64,000 nt of DNA from Candidatus Moraniibacteriota bacterium (GTDB lineage: Bacteria; Patescibacteriota; Minisyncoccia; Moranbacterales; GCA-2747515), in assembly GCA_046116545.1 (NCBI GenBank), contig CP175956.1, positions 449,734 to 513,733 on the forward strand, read 5' to 3'. Below the pieces are notes generated by a model. The model saw only the letters and a program-made list of their open reading frames with translations, searched no databases and had not been told where the DNA came from. The position numbers and the translations under genes are program-made. The stretch's first letter is position 1; each line of letters begins with the position of its first letter. Of the stretch, positions 18,482-29,448 are shown piece by piece.

Positions 18482-20590
18482 TTATTCTGGCTTTGGCATC
18501 AATGCTTTCATAGAAAGATTGATTCGCCCTTGTCCATCAATTTCTTTCACTTTAACATTAACTTTATCACCAATTTTCACAACATCTCCAACCTTTTCAA
18601 CACGAGAATGAGCCATTTCACTTATGTGTACCAAACCATCTTTTCCTGGCAACACCTCTACAAATGCTCCAAAATCCATAAGTCTTACTACTGTTCCCTC
18701 AAATTCTTCACCAGCCTGAACTTCTCTTGTTAAATTATGAATTATTGTTTGTGCCTCTTCACCTCCAGCAGCCTCTGTTGCTGTAATGAAAACGCTACCA
18801 TCATCTTCAATATCAATATTCACACCAGTTTTTTCAATAATTTCATTTATTATTTTTCCACCTGGTCCAATAATGTCTCTAATTTTATCAGGATTAATTT
18901 GCATTATAATAATACGTGGAGCAAATTGTGACATTTCACTTGGCTCACTAATAGTTTCTAACATTTTGCCAAGTATATGCATACGTCCATCTCTAGCTTG
19001 CGTTAGAGTTGCTTCAAACATTTCTTTGTTGATGCCATCCATCTTTACATCCATTTGTAATGCTGTAATTCCTTTTTCTGTTCCAGCTACTTTCAAATCC
19101 ATATCACCATAATGATCTTCAGCTCCTTGAATATCAGATAATACTGTGTATTTTCCTGAAGCATCGCTCATCATACCCATTGCAATTCCACTAACAGGTC
19201 GTTTAATAGGAACTCCTGCATTCAATAGTGACAATGTTGAACCACATGTTGCAGCCATTGAACTTGAACCATTTGATTCCAAAATTTCAGAAACAAGTAA
19301 AATTGTGTATGGGAAATCTTCTTTGGAAGGTAATACCGGGATAAGTGCTTTTTCTGCAAGTGCTCCATGTCCAATTTCTCTACGTCCTGGACCTCTCATA
19401 AATCGCACCTCGCCCACAGAGTATGGTGGGAAATTATAATGATGTATATAGTGTTTTTTCTCATCAACCTCCATTGTGTCTATAATCTGATGTTCTCCTG
19501 GTGCTCCCAAAGTTGTAACTGTAAGAGCTTGTGTTTCACCACGAGTAAATAATCCTGAACCGTGTGTTCTTGGAAGCAAGTCTGTCTCACAAGTAATTTG
19601 TCTAATTTCATCTGACTTTCGCTCATCAGGCCTTCTGTCTCCATCTAAAATTCCGTTATGAACTATTTCATCACATACTTCATCAAATACAAGAGCAAAG
19701 ACATCATTAAAGCTTTCTAAGTCATCTTCTGACAACTTTTCCTTTAAAATTTCAGATGCTTTTTCTTTAACTATAGCAGTTTTATCTCCTATTTCTTCTT
19801 TTGTTCCATACATTGCATCTTCTACACCGTTTTCTTTCAAAACTTCTCTAATAGTTGCTTCCATTTCATCACTTCCAACTAATAAAATTGGGTCTCGCTT
19901 TTCTTTCCCTATTTCAGATTTAATCTCTTCAATGAATGCAGCAATTTTTGCAACTTCATCATGGCCTGCCTCAAATGCTTTCACAACATCTGCTTCTGGA
20001 GCTTCTAGAGCAGCAGCTTCAATCATATTAATTTTTTCACCACCTCCAGCAAGTGTTAGAGTTAATGTACTATTTTCTTCTTGCTCTTCTGTTGGATTAA
20101 TAACTACATTTCCATCAACCATTCCTACTTTCACAGCAGCAACTGGTCCACTCCATGGCACATCAGAAATAGAAAGTGCAGCTGAAGCTGCAATAATTGA
20201 AATAATATCTGGATCATTTTCACCATCAATTGATTGAACAGTTATAACAACCTGCACCTCATTTCGCATTCTCATGTCAAAAAGTGGTCGAATAGTTCTA
20301 TCAACTGCTCGTCCTGTAAGTACAGCTTCATCACTTGGTCGCCCTTCTCTCTTAATAAATCGAGATCCTTTAATTTTACCAGCTGCATAATATCTCTCTT
20401 CATAATCAACCATCAATGGAAAATACCCCATCATATGACTTTTCCCCTTACTCATTACTGCAGTTGCTAATACTTGAGTATCTCCATAACGCACTGTCAC
20501 AGATCCGCCCGCCTGCTTTGCAAGCTTGCCTGACTCAATAGTTAACTCTCGTCCAGCCACATCAAGTGACCACTTCTTTGCTTCTGTCAT
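18482..20590 (-). CDS. pnp: Polyribonucleotide nucleotidyltransferase (PNPase)
   Basis: RREIGHG, ESNGSSSMA, GDMDLKVAG, KH and S1 domains; start at MTEAKK. Confidence 0.97.
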   Translation of the reverse strand: MTEAKKWSLDVAGRELTIESGKLAKQAGGSVTVRYGDTQVLATAVMSKGKSHMMGYFPLMVDYEERYYAAGKIKGSRFIKREGRPSDEAVLTGRAVDRTIRPLFDMRMRNEVQVVITVQSIDGENDPDIISIIAASAALSISDVPWSGPVAAVKVGMVDGNVVINPTEEQEENSTLTLTLAGGGEKINMIEAAALEAPEADVVKAFEAGHDEVAKIAAFIEEIKSEIGKEKRDPILLVGSDEMEATIREVLKENGVEDAMYGTKEEIGDKTAIVKEKASEILKEKLSEDDLESFNDVFALVFDEVCDEIVHNGILDGDRRPDERKSDEIRQITCETDLLPRTHGSGLFTRGETQALTVTTLGAPGEHQIIDTMEVDEKKHYIHHYNFPPYSVGEVRFMRGPGRREIGHGALAEKALIPVLPSKEDFPYTILLVSEILESNGSSSMAATCGSTLSLLNAGVPIKRPVSGIAMGMMSDASGKYTVLSDIQGAEDHYGDMDLKVAGTEKGITALQMDVKMDGINKEMFEATLTQARDGRMHILGKMLETISEPSEMSQFAPRIIIMQINPDKIRDIIGPGGKIINEIIEKTGVNIDIEDDGSVFITATEAAGGEEAQTIIHNLTREVQAGEEFEGTVVRLMDFGAFVEVLPGKDGLVHISEMAHSRVEKVGDVVKIGDKVNVKVKEIDGQGRINLSMKALMPKPE

Positions 20591-20762
20591 AAATATAGAC
20601 ACTAGAAATAGCAATTTTATTATAACTATAAATCTACATATATGACTCTCTTACCAGTGAGACATATATGTATCTTCATAGAGATAAAATTACTACTCTA
20701 AACTAAAAAATTACTTCCTTTAGTTTGACATTTTTAAAGCAGAAAGTCAACGTAATAAAAAT

Positions 20763-21548
20763 ATGTTATACTATATTTGTACATATAATATTTCTACATA
20801 TATGCGATTTTTTGATAAACTTTTTATACAAAAAACTGATTCTGTTGATAATACTTCCCAACAAGAAGATGTCTTAAATATTGATCAATCTTCAGAATCC
20901 CCAATTGAAACCCTCTCATTAGAAGAACTTATAAAACTAAAGCCTCCTTATATAACCGAACTGATTAGTGATTATGGTATTATGAAATTACCTAATCTAT
21001 TAAAAACTGCTGAAATAGATACTGCTTTATCCCAAATTGAACAACAAAGCAGTTCTGCTGAACCCAACTCTAAAGAATTAGATGTTGTTTCTGATATGAT
21101 TTTTGAAATAACTCTTCCAGCATCTGAAAATACTATCAAGAAATTCTTATCCAATTACTACAAAGATCAATTTGATTTTGACAAATTAGTTTCCCAACAA
21201 CAACAAAATAGAAATATAACAAAAAAGCAAGCAACAAACGGCTTACTGGCGACTATAGAATCTATGTCATCTGATATTTTTATAAAATTCCAAAATCGTA
21301 TACAAAAAGAATTATCTGAACATTCCTATACAAATGATGAAGCTTCTGAATTTATTTATTGGCGATTAAATGCATTAGACTCAGGTCTTATATTGGAAAT
21401 ATCCAAAACCTCTTCTGAAGAAGATGAACGATTACTTTGTTTAAGTTTTGTAAATGAAGCAGCTATGATTGATTTTCAAGAAAGCTCACTCACACAAAAT
21501 GAAAGTCTATATACTAGTGAACATATTGATTCAATGGGATTAAACTAA
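20763..21548 (+). CDS. Hypothetical protein
   Basis: 261 aa acidic ORF; real start likely ~20802. Confidence 0.65.
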   Translation: MLYYICTYNISTYMRFFDKLFIQKTDSVDNTSQQEDVLNIDQSSESPIETLSLEELIKLKPPYITELISDYGIMKLPNLLKTAEIDTALSQIEQQSSSAEPNSKELDVVSDMIFEITLPASENTIKKFLSNYYKDQFDFDKLVSQQQQNRNITKKQATNGLLATIESMSSDIFIKFQNRIQKELSEHSYTNDEASEFIYWRLNALDSGLILEISKTSSEEDERLLCLSFVNEAAMIDFQESSLTQNESLYTSEHIDSMGLN

Positions 21549-21567
21549 CTAAAACAAAACTAATTAT

Positions 21568-21876
21568 ATGCAAGATTTAAATACAAAAATTGCGCTACTA
21601 GCAAAAGATTTACAACTAGATGAAGTCAACGAAACAAAGAGGCTTTCTCTATTAGAAGAAATAGGTGATGTTTTTACACATCGCATAATCTTAAGGCTCA
21701 TAAAAGAAGTTCCAGAAAAAAAGAGGGTCTTATTTATAGAAAAAATTAACGAAAATAAAGATAATCCTGACAAGATATTGCTATTTATTGATCATTTTGT
21801 AGAAGATGCTGATAGAGTAATTGATGAAGAGGTTATTAATTACAAATTGGATTTAAAAAAAATATCACAAACATAG
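21568..21876 (+). CDS. Small helical hypothetical protein (CPR-type)
   Basis: 102 aa ORF. Confidence 0.7.
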   Translation: MQDLNTKIALLAKDLQLDEVNETKRLSLLEEIGDVFTHRIILRLIKEVPEKKRVLFIEKINENKDNPDKILLFIDHFVEDADRVIDEEVINYKLDLKKISQT

Positions 21877-22001
21877 TATTCTTAACTTATCTTGCTTGTC
21901 AAAATAAGTTTTTTGTAGTATAGTAGTAAACATAATTAATTTATATCTCGTGTATAGTGGTATTTAATTATTAATACGACTATATCGCAGAATCAAACAC
22001 T

Positions 22002-22277
22002 ATGGCTCTTACAAAGAGACAAAAAACGAATGCTACAACAGAAGCAAAGCGTCATGATACTGACACTGGATCTCCAGAATATCAAATTGCGCTTTTTACA
22101 ACAAGAATCAATAAACTGACAACTCATTTAAAGAAAAATCAACATGATTTTCATTCACGCAGAGGTCTGCTAAAAATGGTTGCTAAAAGAAAAAAATTAC
22201 TTGATTATTTAGCTAGAACTGATGAAAAAGCTTACAAAAAAATCGTGAAACAATTAGGACTTCGGGAACGTAAATAA
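22002..22277 (+). CDS. rpsO: 30S ribosomal protein S15
   Basis: DTGSPEYQIA, HDFHSRRGLLKMV. Confidence 0.98.
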   Translation: MALTKRQKTNATTEAKRHDTDTGSPEYQIALFTTRINKLTTHLKKNQHDFHSRRGLLKMVAKRKKLLDYLARTDEKAYKKIVKQLGLRERK

Positions 22278-22287
22278 ATCTGAGACT

Positions 22288-22317
22288 AGAGAGCGTAGAT
22301 TAAATACGCTCTCTTTT
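22288..22317 (+). terminator. rpsO terminator
   Basis: AGAGAGCGTA...TACGCTCTCT followed by T run. Confidence 0.8.
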
Positions 22318-22425
22318 ATTTAAAGCACTATAACAATATCAATCTATACTTCAAATATTTTTGATAAAAGGTAACTATTTTTATAAAGAACACTAAACCA
22401 ATTTTTATACATAAAATATAATTAT

Positions 22426-22920
22426 ATGAAACACAAGGATCAACGCGTAGGTGTGGTAGTAGATATACAAAACCTTTACTATAGTGCCCGCGTCTTATAC
22501 AACAAAAAAGTAAATTTTAAAAATCTATTGACAGCATCTGTCGAAAATAGAAAGCTAATACGAGCAATAGGCTATGGAATAACAACTGAAGAAGCTCAGG
22601 AAGATAAGTTTTTTGATGCTCTGGAAAAAATTGGAATGGAGGTAAAGACTAAAGACCTACAAATTTTTGCAGGAGGTCAAAAGAAGGGGGATTGGGATGT
22701 GGGCATCGCAGTTGATGCTATAAAAATGGCTCAAAGTGTTGATGTTATCATACTTGCTTCAGGAGACGGTGACTATATACCAATGGTAAAATATATACAA
22801 AATACTACGGGTTGTCGTGTTGAAGGAGTTTCCTTTGGAGAATCAACGAGTATGCGTCTTATAGAGTCTTTAGATGACTTTCTAGACCTATCTTCAAATA
22901 AAAAACGATTTTTAATTTAA
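22426..22920 (+). CDS. NYN/LabA (DUF88) PIN-like domain protein
   Basis: VDIQNLY, KGDWDVGIAVD, SGDGDY motifs. Confidence 0.92.
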   Translation: MKHKDQRVGVVVDIQNLYYSARVLYNKKVNFKNLLTASVENRKLIRAIGYGITTEEAQEDKFFDALEKIGMEVKTKDLQIFAGGQKKGDWDVGIAVDAIKMAQSVDVIILASGDGDYIPMVKYIQNTTGCRVEGVSFGESTSMRLIESLDDFLDLSSNKKRFLI

Positions 22921-23201
22921 AAACTTTCAATAAAAACTACCAATGTTCATTTGGTGGTTTTTATTTTTTATCATTTCGATATATAAGGCTTGCAAAATTC
23001 TGACTTTTAGTCTATACTTGGATAAACAAAGTTAATTATTAAACAAAAGAATATTTACTCAAACTGAGTGAGAAAAGAAAATGTTTTAATTTTCTTTTGT
23101 TGTTTTATTTAATAATTTCCTTTGTGGAAATTTTTTGCGTTTTTAATTATATAATTAAAGTCTGAAATTAACGCAACAGACTTAATAAGCTTATAGATTT
23201 T

Positions 23202-24539
23202 ATGACAAAAGCTAATGACTTACTTGATAAGATAGTAAAACAAGTTAAAAAAGATACTGAAAAAGAGCAAGAGATTGCTAAAAGCCCAGAAGAAACACCT
23301 ACAGAAGAAACTCTTACAAAATCAGTTGCAACTGAATCAGGTTCTACTGATATGGATGCCCTAATGGATTTGAACGAAGTTTCAATTCCTAGAGTTGGTG
23401 ATGTAATTGATGGTACTATTATTGATATTTCTGCTAGTATTGTTTTGTTGGACATTGGTCCAATTGGAACTGGTATGGTTATTGGACGTGAAGCAAAGAG
23501 TGGCCTTGCTGAGGATGACAAATTACGCGCTGGAAGTGAAGTAACTGCAACAGTTATTGATTTGGATAATGATGATGGTTATATAGAACTTTCAATACGT
23601 GAAGCTTCTTATGAACGTGCTTGGGATGACTTAAAAGCTAAAAAAGATGGTGAAGAAACTATCTTAGTTAAAATGCTTGATGCTAACAAGGGTGGTCTTA
23701 TGGTTGAAGTTAATGGTGTAACTGGTTTCTTACCTGTATCACAACTTTCAAGTAAAAATTATCCTCGTGTAGAAGATGGTGACAAAAATAAGATTCTTGA
23801 ATTATTAAAGAGACTTGTTAGAAAAGAATTGCCTGTTCGAATTATTGATATAAATCAAGAAGATGAAAAACTGATTGTTTCAGAAAAAGCAGCACATAGT
23901 GATATCGAAAGAGAAGCTATTTCAGGGCTACATGTTGGAGATACAATTTCAGGTGAGGTTAGTGGTGTTGTTGATTTTGGTGCTTTTGTTAAGTTTACTC
24001 CTGCTGGAGCTGAATCAGAAGAAGATGATGCAAAACTAGAAGGACTTATTCATATTAGTGAACTTGCATGGCAACTTATTGATAATCCAAGAGAGGTTAT
24101 TAAAGTTGGTGATAAAACAGAAGCAAAAATCATAGGAATTGATGATACTCGTATTTCACTTTCTATAAAGGCACTACTAGAAGATCCTTGGACAAAAATT
24201 ACTGAAAAATATGAGGTTGGTAAGATTTATACTGGTAAAGTTGATAAGATTAACCACTTTGGAGCATTTGTTTACCTTGATAAAGATATCCATGGTCTTG
24301 CACATATCAGTGAATTCCAAGAGCTATATCCTGGTAAAAAACTTGATGATAAGATTGCTCAAAAAGAAGAGTATCAATGGAAAGTACTTTCCATTGAACC
24401 AAAGGAGCATCGCATGGGTCTAGTACTTATGGATGATAAAAAACTAGAAGAAGACAAGACTAAAAAAGATGCCGAGTCAGAAGAAAAGCCTACAGCAACT
24501 AAGAAAAAAGTTGTTAAAAAAGAAGCTGACAAAAAATAG
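23202..24539 (+). CDS. rpsA: 30S ribosomal protein S1 (four S1 domains)
   Basis: Repeated S1 motifs (GFLPVSQL, FGAFV, EGLIHISEL). Confidence 0.93.
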   Translation: MTKANDLLDKIVKQVKKDTEKEQEIAKSPEETPTEETLTKSVATESGSTDMDALMDLNEVSIPRVGDVIDGTIIDISASIVLLDIGPIGTGMVIGREAKSGLAEDDKLRAGSEVTATVIDLDNDDGYIELSIREASYERAWDDLKAKKDGEETILVKMLDANKGGLMVEVNGVTGFLPVSQLSSKNYPRVEDGDKNKILELLKRLVRKELPVRIIDINQEDEKLIVSEKAAHSDIEREAISGLHVGDTISGEVSGVVDFGAFVKFTPAGAESEEDDAKLEGLIHISELAWQLIDNPREVIKVGDKTEAKIIGIDDTRISLSIKALLEDPWTKITEKYEVGKIYTGKVDKINHFGAFVYLDKDIHGLAHISEFQELYPGKKLDDKIAQKEEYQWKVLSIEPKEHRMGLVLMDDKKLEEDKTKKDAESEEKPTATKKKVVKKEADKK

Positions 24540-24546
24540 TATCCTT

Positions 24547-24577
24547 GCGCTCGAGATTCTTCTCGAGCGCTTTTTTT
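24547..24577 (+). terminator. rpsA terminator
   Basis: GCGCTCGAGA-TTCT-TCTCGAGCGC-TTTTTTT. Confidence 0.85.
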
Positions 24578-24596
24578 ATCAAACTAATTTATTTTT

Positions 24597-25157
24597 ATGA
24601 TTATAACAATCACTGGAGATCCTGGTTCTGGAAAAAGTACGCTTGGAGAAAAATTAGCAAAGGAACTTGATTATGATAGATACTATATTGGGCAAATACG
24701 ACGTGATGCTGCAAAAAAGATGGGTATGACTCTAGCAGAATATAACAAATATGGAGAAACTCATCCTGAAACTGACTTAGCGGTGGATGATTACCAAAAA
24801 ACTTTAGGTGAAACAAAAGATGCTTTTATAATTGAAGGTCGCACAAGCTGGTTTTTGATTCCAAAATCATTAAAAATTTATATAGAAGTTGATCCAAAAG
24901 AAGGAGCTACTCGTATTTTTAATGACTTACAAAAAGAAAACATCAGGAATGAAGGAGATAATCTCACAAGTGTTGAGGATGTGCTAAATAGCAACATAAA
25001 ACGAGCTGCTAGCGATGAATTACGATATAAAAAATATTATAATAAAAATTGTTTTGATAAAAATAATTTTGACTTTGTTATAGATACAACAAATCTAACA
25101 ATAAATGAGGCTTACTTGGAAGTATTAAAATTCATTCAAGAAAATACAAAAATATAA
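24597..25157 (+). CDS. cmk: Cytidylate kinase (archaeal-type)
   Basis: ITITGDPGSGKST, IIEGR, RYKKYY, IDTTNL motifs. Confidence 0.85.
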   Translation: MIITITGDPGSGKSTLGEKLAKELDYDRYYIGQIRRDAAKKMGMTLAEYNKYGETHPETDLAVDDYQKTLGETKDAFIIEGRTSWFLIPKSLKIYIEVDPKEGATRIFNDLQKENIRNEGDNLTSVEDVLNSNIKRAASDELRYKKYYNKNCFDKNNFDFVIDTTNLTINEAYLEVLKFIQENTKI

Positions 25158-25210
25158 TAGTATATATTAGCTATTTTACTATACTAAAATAGCTAACATT
25201 ATATTCTTAT

Positions 25211-26179
25211 ATGAAAAATTTAATAAAACATGTACAAAATGTGAATTCACAAAATAATCTTTGGAATTCTGGAGACACTATCGTCATTGGTGTATCAGGT
25301 GGTCCTGATAGCATGTGTCTTTTTGATGTGCTTTTAAAAATTGCGGCTAAAAATAATCTTTCTATTATTATAGCTCATGTAAATTATGGTTTACGCGGTG
25401 AAGACTCAGTTGCGGATCAAAGATTAGTTGAAAACCTTGCGCTAATAAACAACGTGACTTGTAAAACATTAGTTTGTACTGATCCTTCTGCTAAAAATGA
25501 AAATGCTTGGCGAAATATTCGCTATAATTTTTTTCAAAAAATCGCAAAATTCCACAATGCCCATTCTATCGCAGTTGCTCATAACAAAAATGATCAGGCT
25601 GAAACATTATTGTTACATTTACTACGAGGTAGCGGTTTAAATGGATTATCTGGAATGCAATTAAAAACAAATAATATTATAAGACCTCTTCTAACAACTT
25701 CCAAGGAAGATATATTGAATTATTGCACTCAAAATAACATTAAATACAATATTGATAAAACAAATGCTACTGCGGAGTTTACACGTAATAAAATCAGAAA
25801 TGAATTAATGCCCTATCTAGAAGAAAATTTTAATAAAAATATAATAAATATATTATCAGCAACAGCAAAAACTATTGGAAATGATTATGCTTTCTTAAAT
25901 GAATCTATTGAAAAATTTTGGTTTATTGATAAATCAAAAAAAATAATTTCATTTAAAGAGCGTGTCTTTATCAATATGCATCCATCAAAACAAAATATGA
26001 CTTTAAGGCTTATGATACATGAGCTCTTAGGGTCTCTTACAAATATTGAAAATGGCTTAATTGAAGAAATGACGAAGACTATAAAAAGTACAAAAAATAA
26101 ACATAAAATCATTGAGACAAAAGACTTGAAAATGATGAAGATTGGTGATACAGTAGAGCTTATGAAGATAAAAGATTAA
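25211..26179 (+). CDS. tilS: tRNA(Ile)-lysidine synthase
   Basis: SGGPDS, AHNKNDQAET, IIRPLL, RNKIR motifs. Confidence 0.96.
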   Translation: MKNLIKHVQNVNSQNNLWNSGDTIVIGVSGGPDSMCLFDVLLKIAAKNNLSIIIAHVNYGLRGEDSVADQRLVENLALINNVTCKTLVCTDPSAKNENAWRNIRYNFFQKIAKFHNAHSIAVAHNKNDQAETLLLHLLRGSGLNGLSGMQLKTNNIIRPLLTTSKEDILNYCTQNNIKYNIDKTNATAEFTRNKIRNELMPYLEENFNKNIINILSATAKTIGNDYAFLNESIEKFWFIDKSKKIISFKERVFINMHPSKQNMTLRLMIHELLGSLTNIENGLIEEMTKTIKSTKNKHKIIETKDLKMMKIGDTVELMKIKD

Positions 26180-26223
26180 AGTAATTTTTTGTTTTTATTT
26201 TTATAAATTTACTAACTAAAAAT

Positions 26224-28122
26224 ATGGAAAAGATTTTCAAGAATTCTTCGGTTATTATCATGGTATTAATTGTAGTACTAATGTTCATAATGCTTTCAAC
26301 TACATCAAAAGATGAAATTGAAAAAATATCATTAACACAATTATCTCAAGAAATTAATGAAGATAAGGTTGAGGGAATTACGGTTAATTATAATGGTAAA
26401 GTTGAAATTGATATCAAAGATACTGATTTGATGCAAGAAACACACAAAGAACCAGATGCTAGTCTTACAGAAACACTTTTAAATATGGGTGTTAGTCCAG
26501 AAAAACTAAATACTGTTCCAATTACTGTTGAAACAAAATCTGGTGCATCAATGTGGGCTACAATACTTATTCCCTCACTGCTTCCAATATTAATAATTGG
26601 TGCTCTAATTTTCTTCATGATGAAAAGCGCAATGCGTGGAAACAATCAAGCAATGAGCTTTGGTGCTTCAAAAGCAAAAATGATTGATCCTAAAGATGCT
26701 AAAAATAAAACTGCCTTTAAAGATGTCGCTGGTAACAAGGAAGCAAAAGAGGAATTAATAGAAATTGTTGACTTTTTGAAGGCTCCTAAAAAGTTCCAAG
26801 ACTTAGGTGCTAAAATTCCAAAAGGCGTGTTATTACTTGGACGTCCTGGAACTGGTAAAACATTATTAGCCCGAGCAGTTGCTGGTGAAGCTGAGGTTCC
26901 CTTTTTTACAATAAGTGGGTCTGAGTTTGTGGAAATGTTTGTTGGTGTTGGTGCTAGTCGTGTACGAGACTTATTTAAACAAGCAAAGAAACATGCTCCT
27001 TCTATAGTTTTCATTGATGAAATTGATGCTGTAGGTCGACAAAGAGGTACTGGTTTAGGTGGTGGAAATGATGAGAGAGAGCAAACATTAAATCAAATTC
27101 TTGTTGAAATGGATGGTTTTGATAATAATTCAAATGTTATTGTTATCGCTGCAACGAACCGACCTGATGTACTTGATCCTGCATTATTACGACCAGGGCG
27201 ATTTGATAGACGTGTTACAATAGATTTACCTGGAATTGAAGATAGAGAAGCAATCTTAAAAATTCACGCAAAAAATAAAAAACTGTCTACTGATGTCAAT
27301 TTACAAAGAATAGCTCAACGAACACCTGGCTTTTCTGGAGCAGATCTCATGAATTTAATGAATGAAGGAGCACTACTTGCAGGAAGACATAACAAGAAAG
27401 AAGTTGAAATGATTGATTTAATTGAATCAATTGAGAAAGTATTACTTGGACCAGCTCGTAAAAACAAACGACTGGATGAAAAAGAAACAAAAATTGTAGC
27501 TTATCATGAAGCTGGTCATGCGCTTATTGGTGCAAGTCTTGAAAATGCAGACCCTGTACAAAAAGTATCTATAATATCAAGAGGTAGTGCAGGAGGATAT
27601 ACGCTTTCTGTTCCTGAAAAAGATCAGACTCTTCACTCTAAAGCATATTTCATAGATGAATTATCTGTATTTCTGGGAGGTTATGTTGCTGAAAAAATGA
27701 TATTTGGAGATACTACAACGGGACCCTCAAATGACCTAGAGCGAGCTACTCAACTTGCTAGAAATATGGTTGTTAAATTCGGCATGAGTGACATGGGAGT
27801 GCGCACATTTGGTAAAAATGAAGAGTATAGCTTCTTGGGCCGTGAAGTATCTGAAGAAAAAGATTATTCAGAAAATACTGCTGATACTATAGATAAAACA
27901 GTTTCAGAATTTCTCTCAGAAGCTAAAAAACGTACAGAAGATATCTTAACAGAGAAGAAAGATATTCTTGAAAAAATAGCAACTGTATTATTAGAAAAAG
28001 AAACTATTGAAAAAGATGAGTTTGATGCAATTATTGCAGGTAAAGAATATAAAGAACCTACTACAAAGAATGTTACAAAAAATGATGAAGTTACTAGTAT
28101 TGATGCAACAATAAAAGAATAG
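26224..28122 (+). CDS. ftsH: ATP-dependent zinc metalloprotease FtsH
   Basis: Two TMs, [22 protein letters not shown]. Confidence 0.98.
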   Translation: MEKIFKNSSVIIMVLIVVLMFIMLSTTSKDEIEKISLTQLSQEINEDKVEGITVNYNGKVEIDIKDTDLMQETHKEPDASLTETLLNMGVSPEKLNTVPITVETKSGASMWATILIPSLLPILIIGALIFFMMKSAMRGNNQAMSFGASKAKMIDPKDAKNKTAFKDVAGNKEAKEELIEIVDFLKAPKKFQDLGAKIPKGVLLLGRPGTGKTLLARAVAGEAEVPFFTISGSEFVEMFVGVGASRVRDLFKQAKKHAPSIVFIDEIDAVGRQRGTGLGGGNDEREQTLNQILVEMDGFDNNSNVIVIAATNRPDVLDPALLRPGRFDRRVTIDLPGIEDREAILKIHAKNKKLSTDVNLQRIAQRTPGFSGADLMNLMNEGALLAGRHNKKEVEMIDLIESIEKVLLGPARKNKRLDEKETKIVAYHEAGHALIGASLENADPVQKVSIISRGSAGGYTLSVPEKDQTLHSKAYFIDELSVFLGGYVAEKMIFGDTTTGPSNDLERATQLARNMVVKFGMSDMGVRTFGKNEEYSFLGREVSEEKDYSENTADTIDKTVSEFLSEAKKRTEDILTEKKDILEKIATVLLEKETIEKDEFDAIIAGKEYKEPTTKNVTKNDEVTSIDATIKE

Positions 28123-28169
28123 TATTTAGGTCGTTGTAGTGATGGAATAGAATTCTTTCACTACAAAAA

Positions 28170-28243
28170 GGACGGCTAGCTCAGTTGGTTAGAGCGCTTG
28201 CTCGACACGCAAGAGGTCACAGGTTCGAATCCCGTGTCGTCCA
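28170..28243 (+). tRNA. tRNA-Val(GAC)
   Basis: Cloverleaf; anticodon stem CTTGC/GCAAG, loop TCGACAC; GTTCGAATC. Confidence 0.93.
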
Positions 28244-28246
28244 CAA

Positions 28247-28284
28247 ATAAAAACACGAGACTCCTTGTCTCGTGTTTTTATTTA
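28247..28284. terminator. Bidirectional terminator
   Basis: AAAAACACGAGAC...GTCTCGTGTTTTT between convergent units. Confidence 0.8.
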
Positions 28285-28300
28285 TATCTTATATCAATCA

Positions 28301-29431
28301 TTAACCATCAACTGTGTCTACTGCATTTCCACTTGAATCTAGATTACCTTGATATGTTCCACTAGAACCAGACCCTCCTGTAGATGTCCCTGATGTACTT
28401 CCGGAAGTAGTTGCACCACCATTGTATGTCGTTCCTGTATCTGGATTTGTCCATGTTGATGATTGTTGCATCTGTTTCCCAGAATTATATGAACCTCCTG
28501 AATATTGGAATTCTGGACCTAGTTGACTGCTCATATTATTCATCTCTGATGACATCTGACCACTTATTGCTTGCATGTTTGCTCCTACTGATGACTGCAC
28601 CTCTCCCAAACCTCTTTCCACTACACCAACTATTAGAGTTGTGGCGAATGATTGTATAACACTAGAAAATACATTTGAATCTCCATTTGCCAATGCTTCT
28701 AACGGTAAATTAACTTGCTGATTTTGTATTACTTCTACCATTGAACTTGGTATTTTTGTATTTCCTTGAGCATCTTTTGCTGGCAAAACACCACTACTTT
28801 TTGCTGTTAAGTCCTGTACTTTTTGTTCTGCTGCATATTTTGCAGACATTGCTGCATCTGTTGCTAATGCCATCCCAATGGGTGTGTTTTCAGGCTTTGC
28901 CATAATAGCACTAAAACACTTATAATTTCCATCTGCAAAAAAATCACCTCCTGTACAATGCTCGGCATAATCCACACTAGGCTGATTTTCCCCTTTCCAA
29001 CTATCTATAACGCTATTTCCTGCAGATTCAATAGCCTGCCCCAATGCATCTCCTCCAGAAGAGCCTCCTGCAGGAGTATAATCACCTGATGTTGTTCCTC
29101 GCAATGCACTTGTTAAAAAATCTTCACCATAAGTAACAGCCTTATCTTTCGGATCATTTATGATGAAGTCTTCAAAGTTAGATATATTTCTAGGAGAAGA
29201 GCTGCCTCCATACAATAGATCTTCTATTGTTGATGTAGCTTGTTTAATTGACATCATTTTCACAGATGAATTAATGGCTTTTTTGATTTCTTCAAATATT
29301 TCTTCTAAGCCTTGCTTCATACCTGATGCACCCATATTAGTTCCCCACATTTCTGCTCTGACATGTTGGACTGGAGCCATGATTATACACATCAAACAAA
29401 AAAGTACAGCTATTTTTTTTATTTTATTCAT
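28301..29431 (-). CDS. Secreted hypothetical protein with Gly/Ser/Thr-rich tail
   Basis: Signal peptide (VRA|EMW), low-complexity C-terminus. Confidence 0.75.
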   Translation of the reverse strand: MNKIKKIAVLFCLMCIIMAPVQHVRAEMWGTNMGASGMKQGLEEIFEEIKKAINSSVKMMSIKQATSTIEDLLYGGSSSPRNISNFEDFIINDPKDKAVTYGEDFLTSALRGTTSGDYTPAGGSSGGDALGQAIESAGNSVIDSWKGENQPSVDYAEHCTGGDFFADGNYKCFSAIMAKPENTPIGMALATDAAMSAKYAAEQKVQDLTAKSSGVLPAKDAQGNTKIPSSMVEVIQNQQVNLPLEALANGDSNVFSSVIQSFATTLIVGVVERGLGEVQSSVGANMQAISGQMSSEMNNMSSQLGPEFQYSGGSYNSGKQMQQSSTWTNPDTGTTYNGGATTSGSTSGTSTGGSGSSGTYQGNLDSSGNAVDTVDG

Positions 29432-29448
29432 AATTTATATTTTATATT

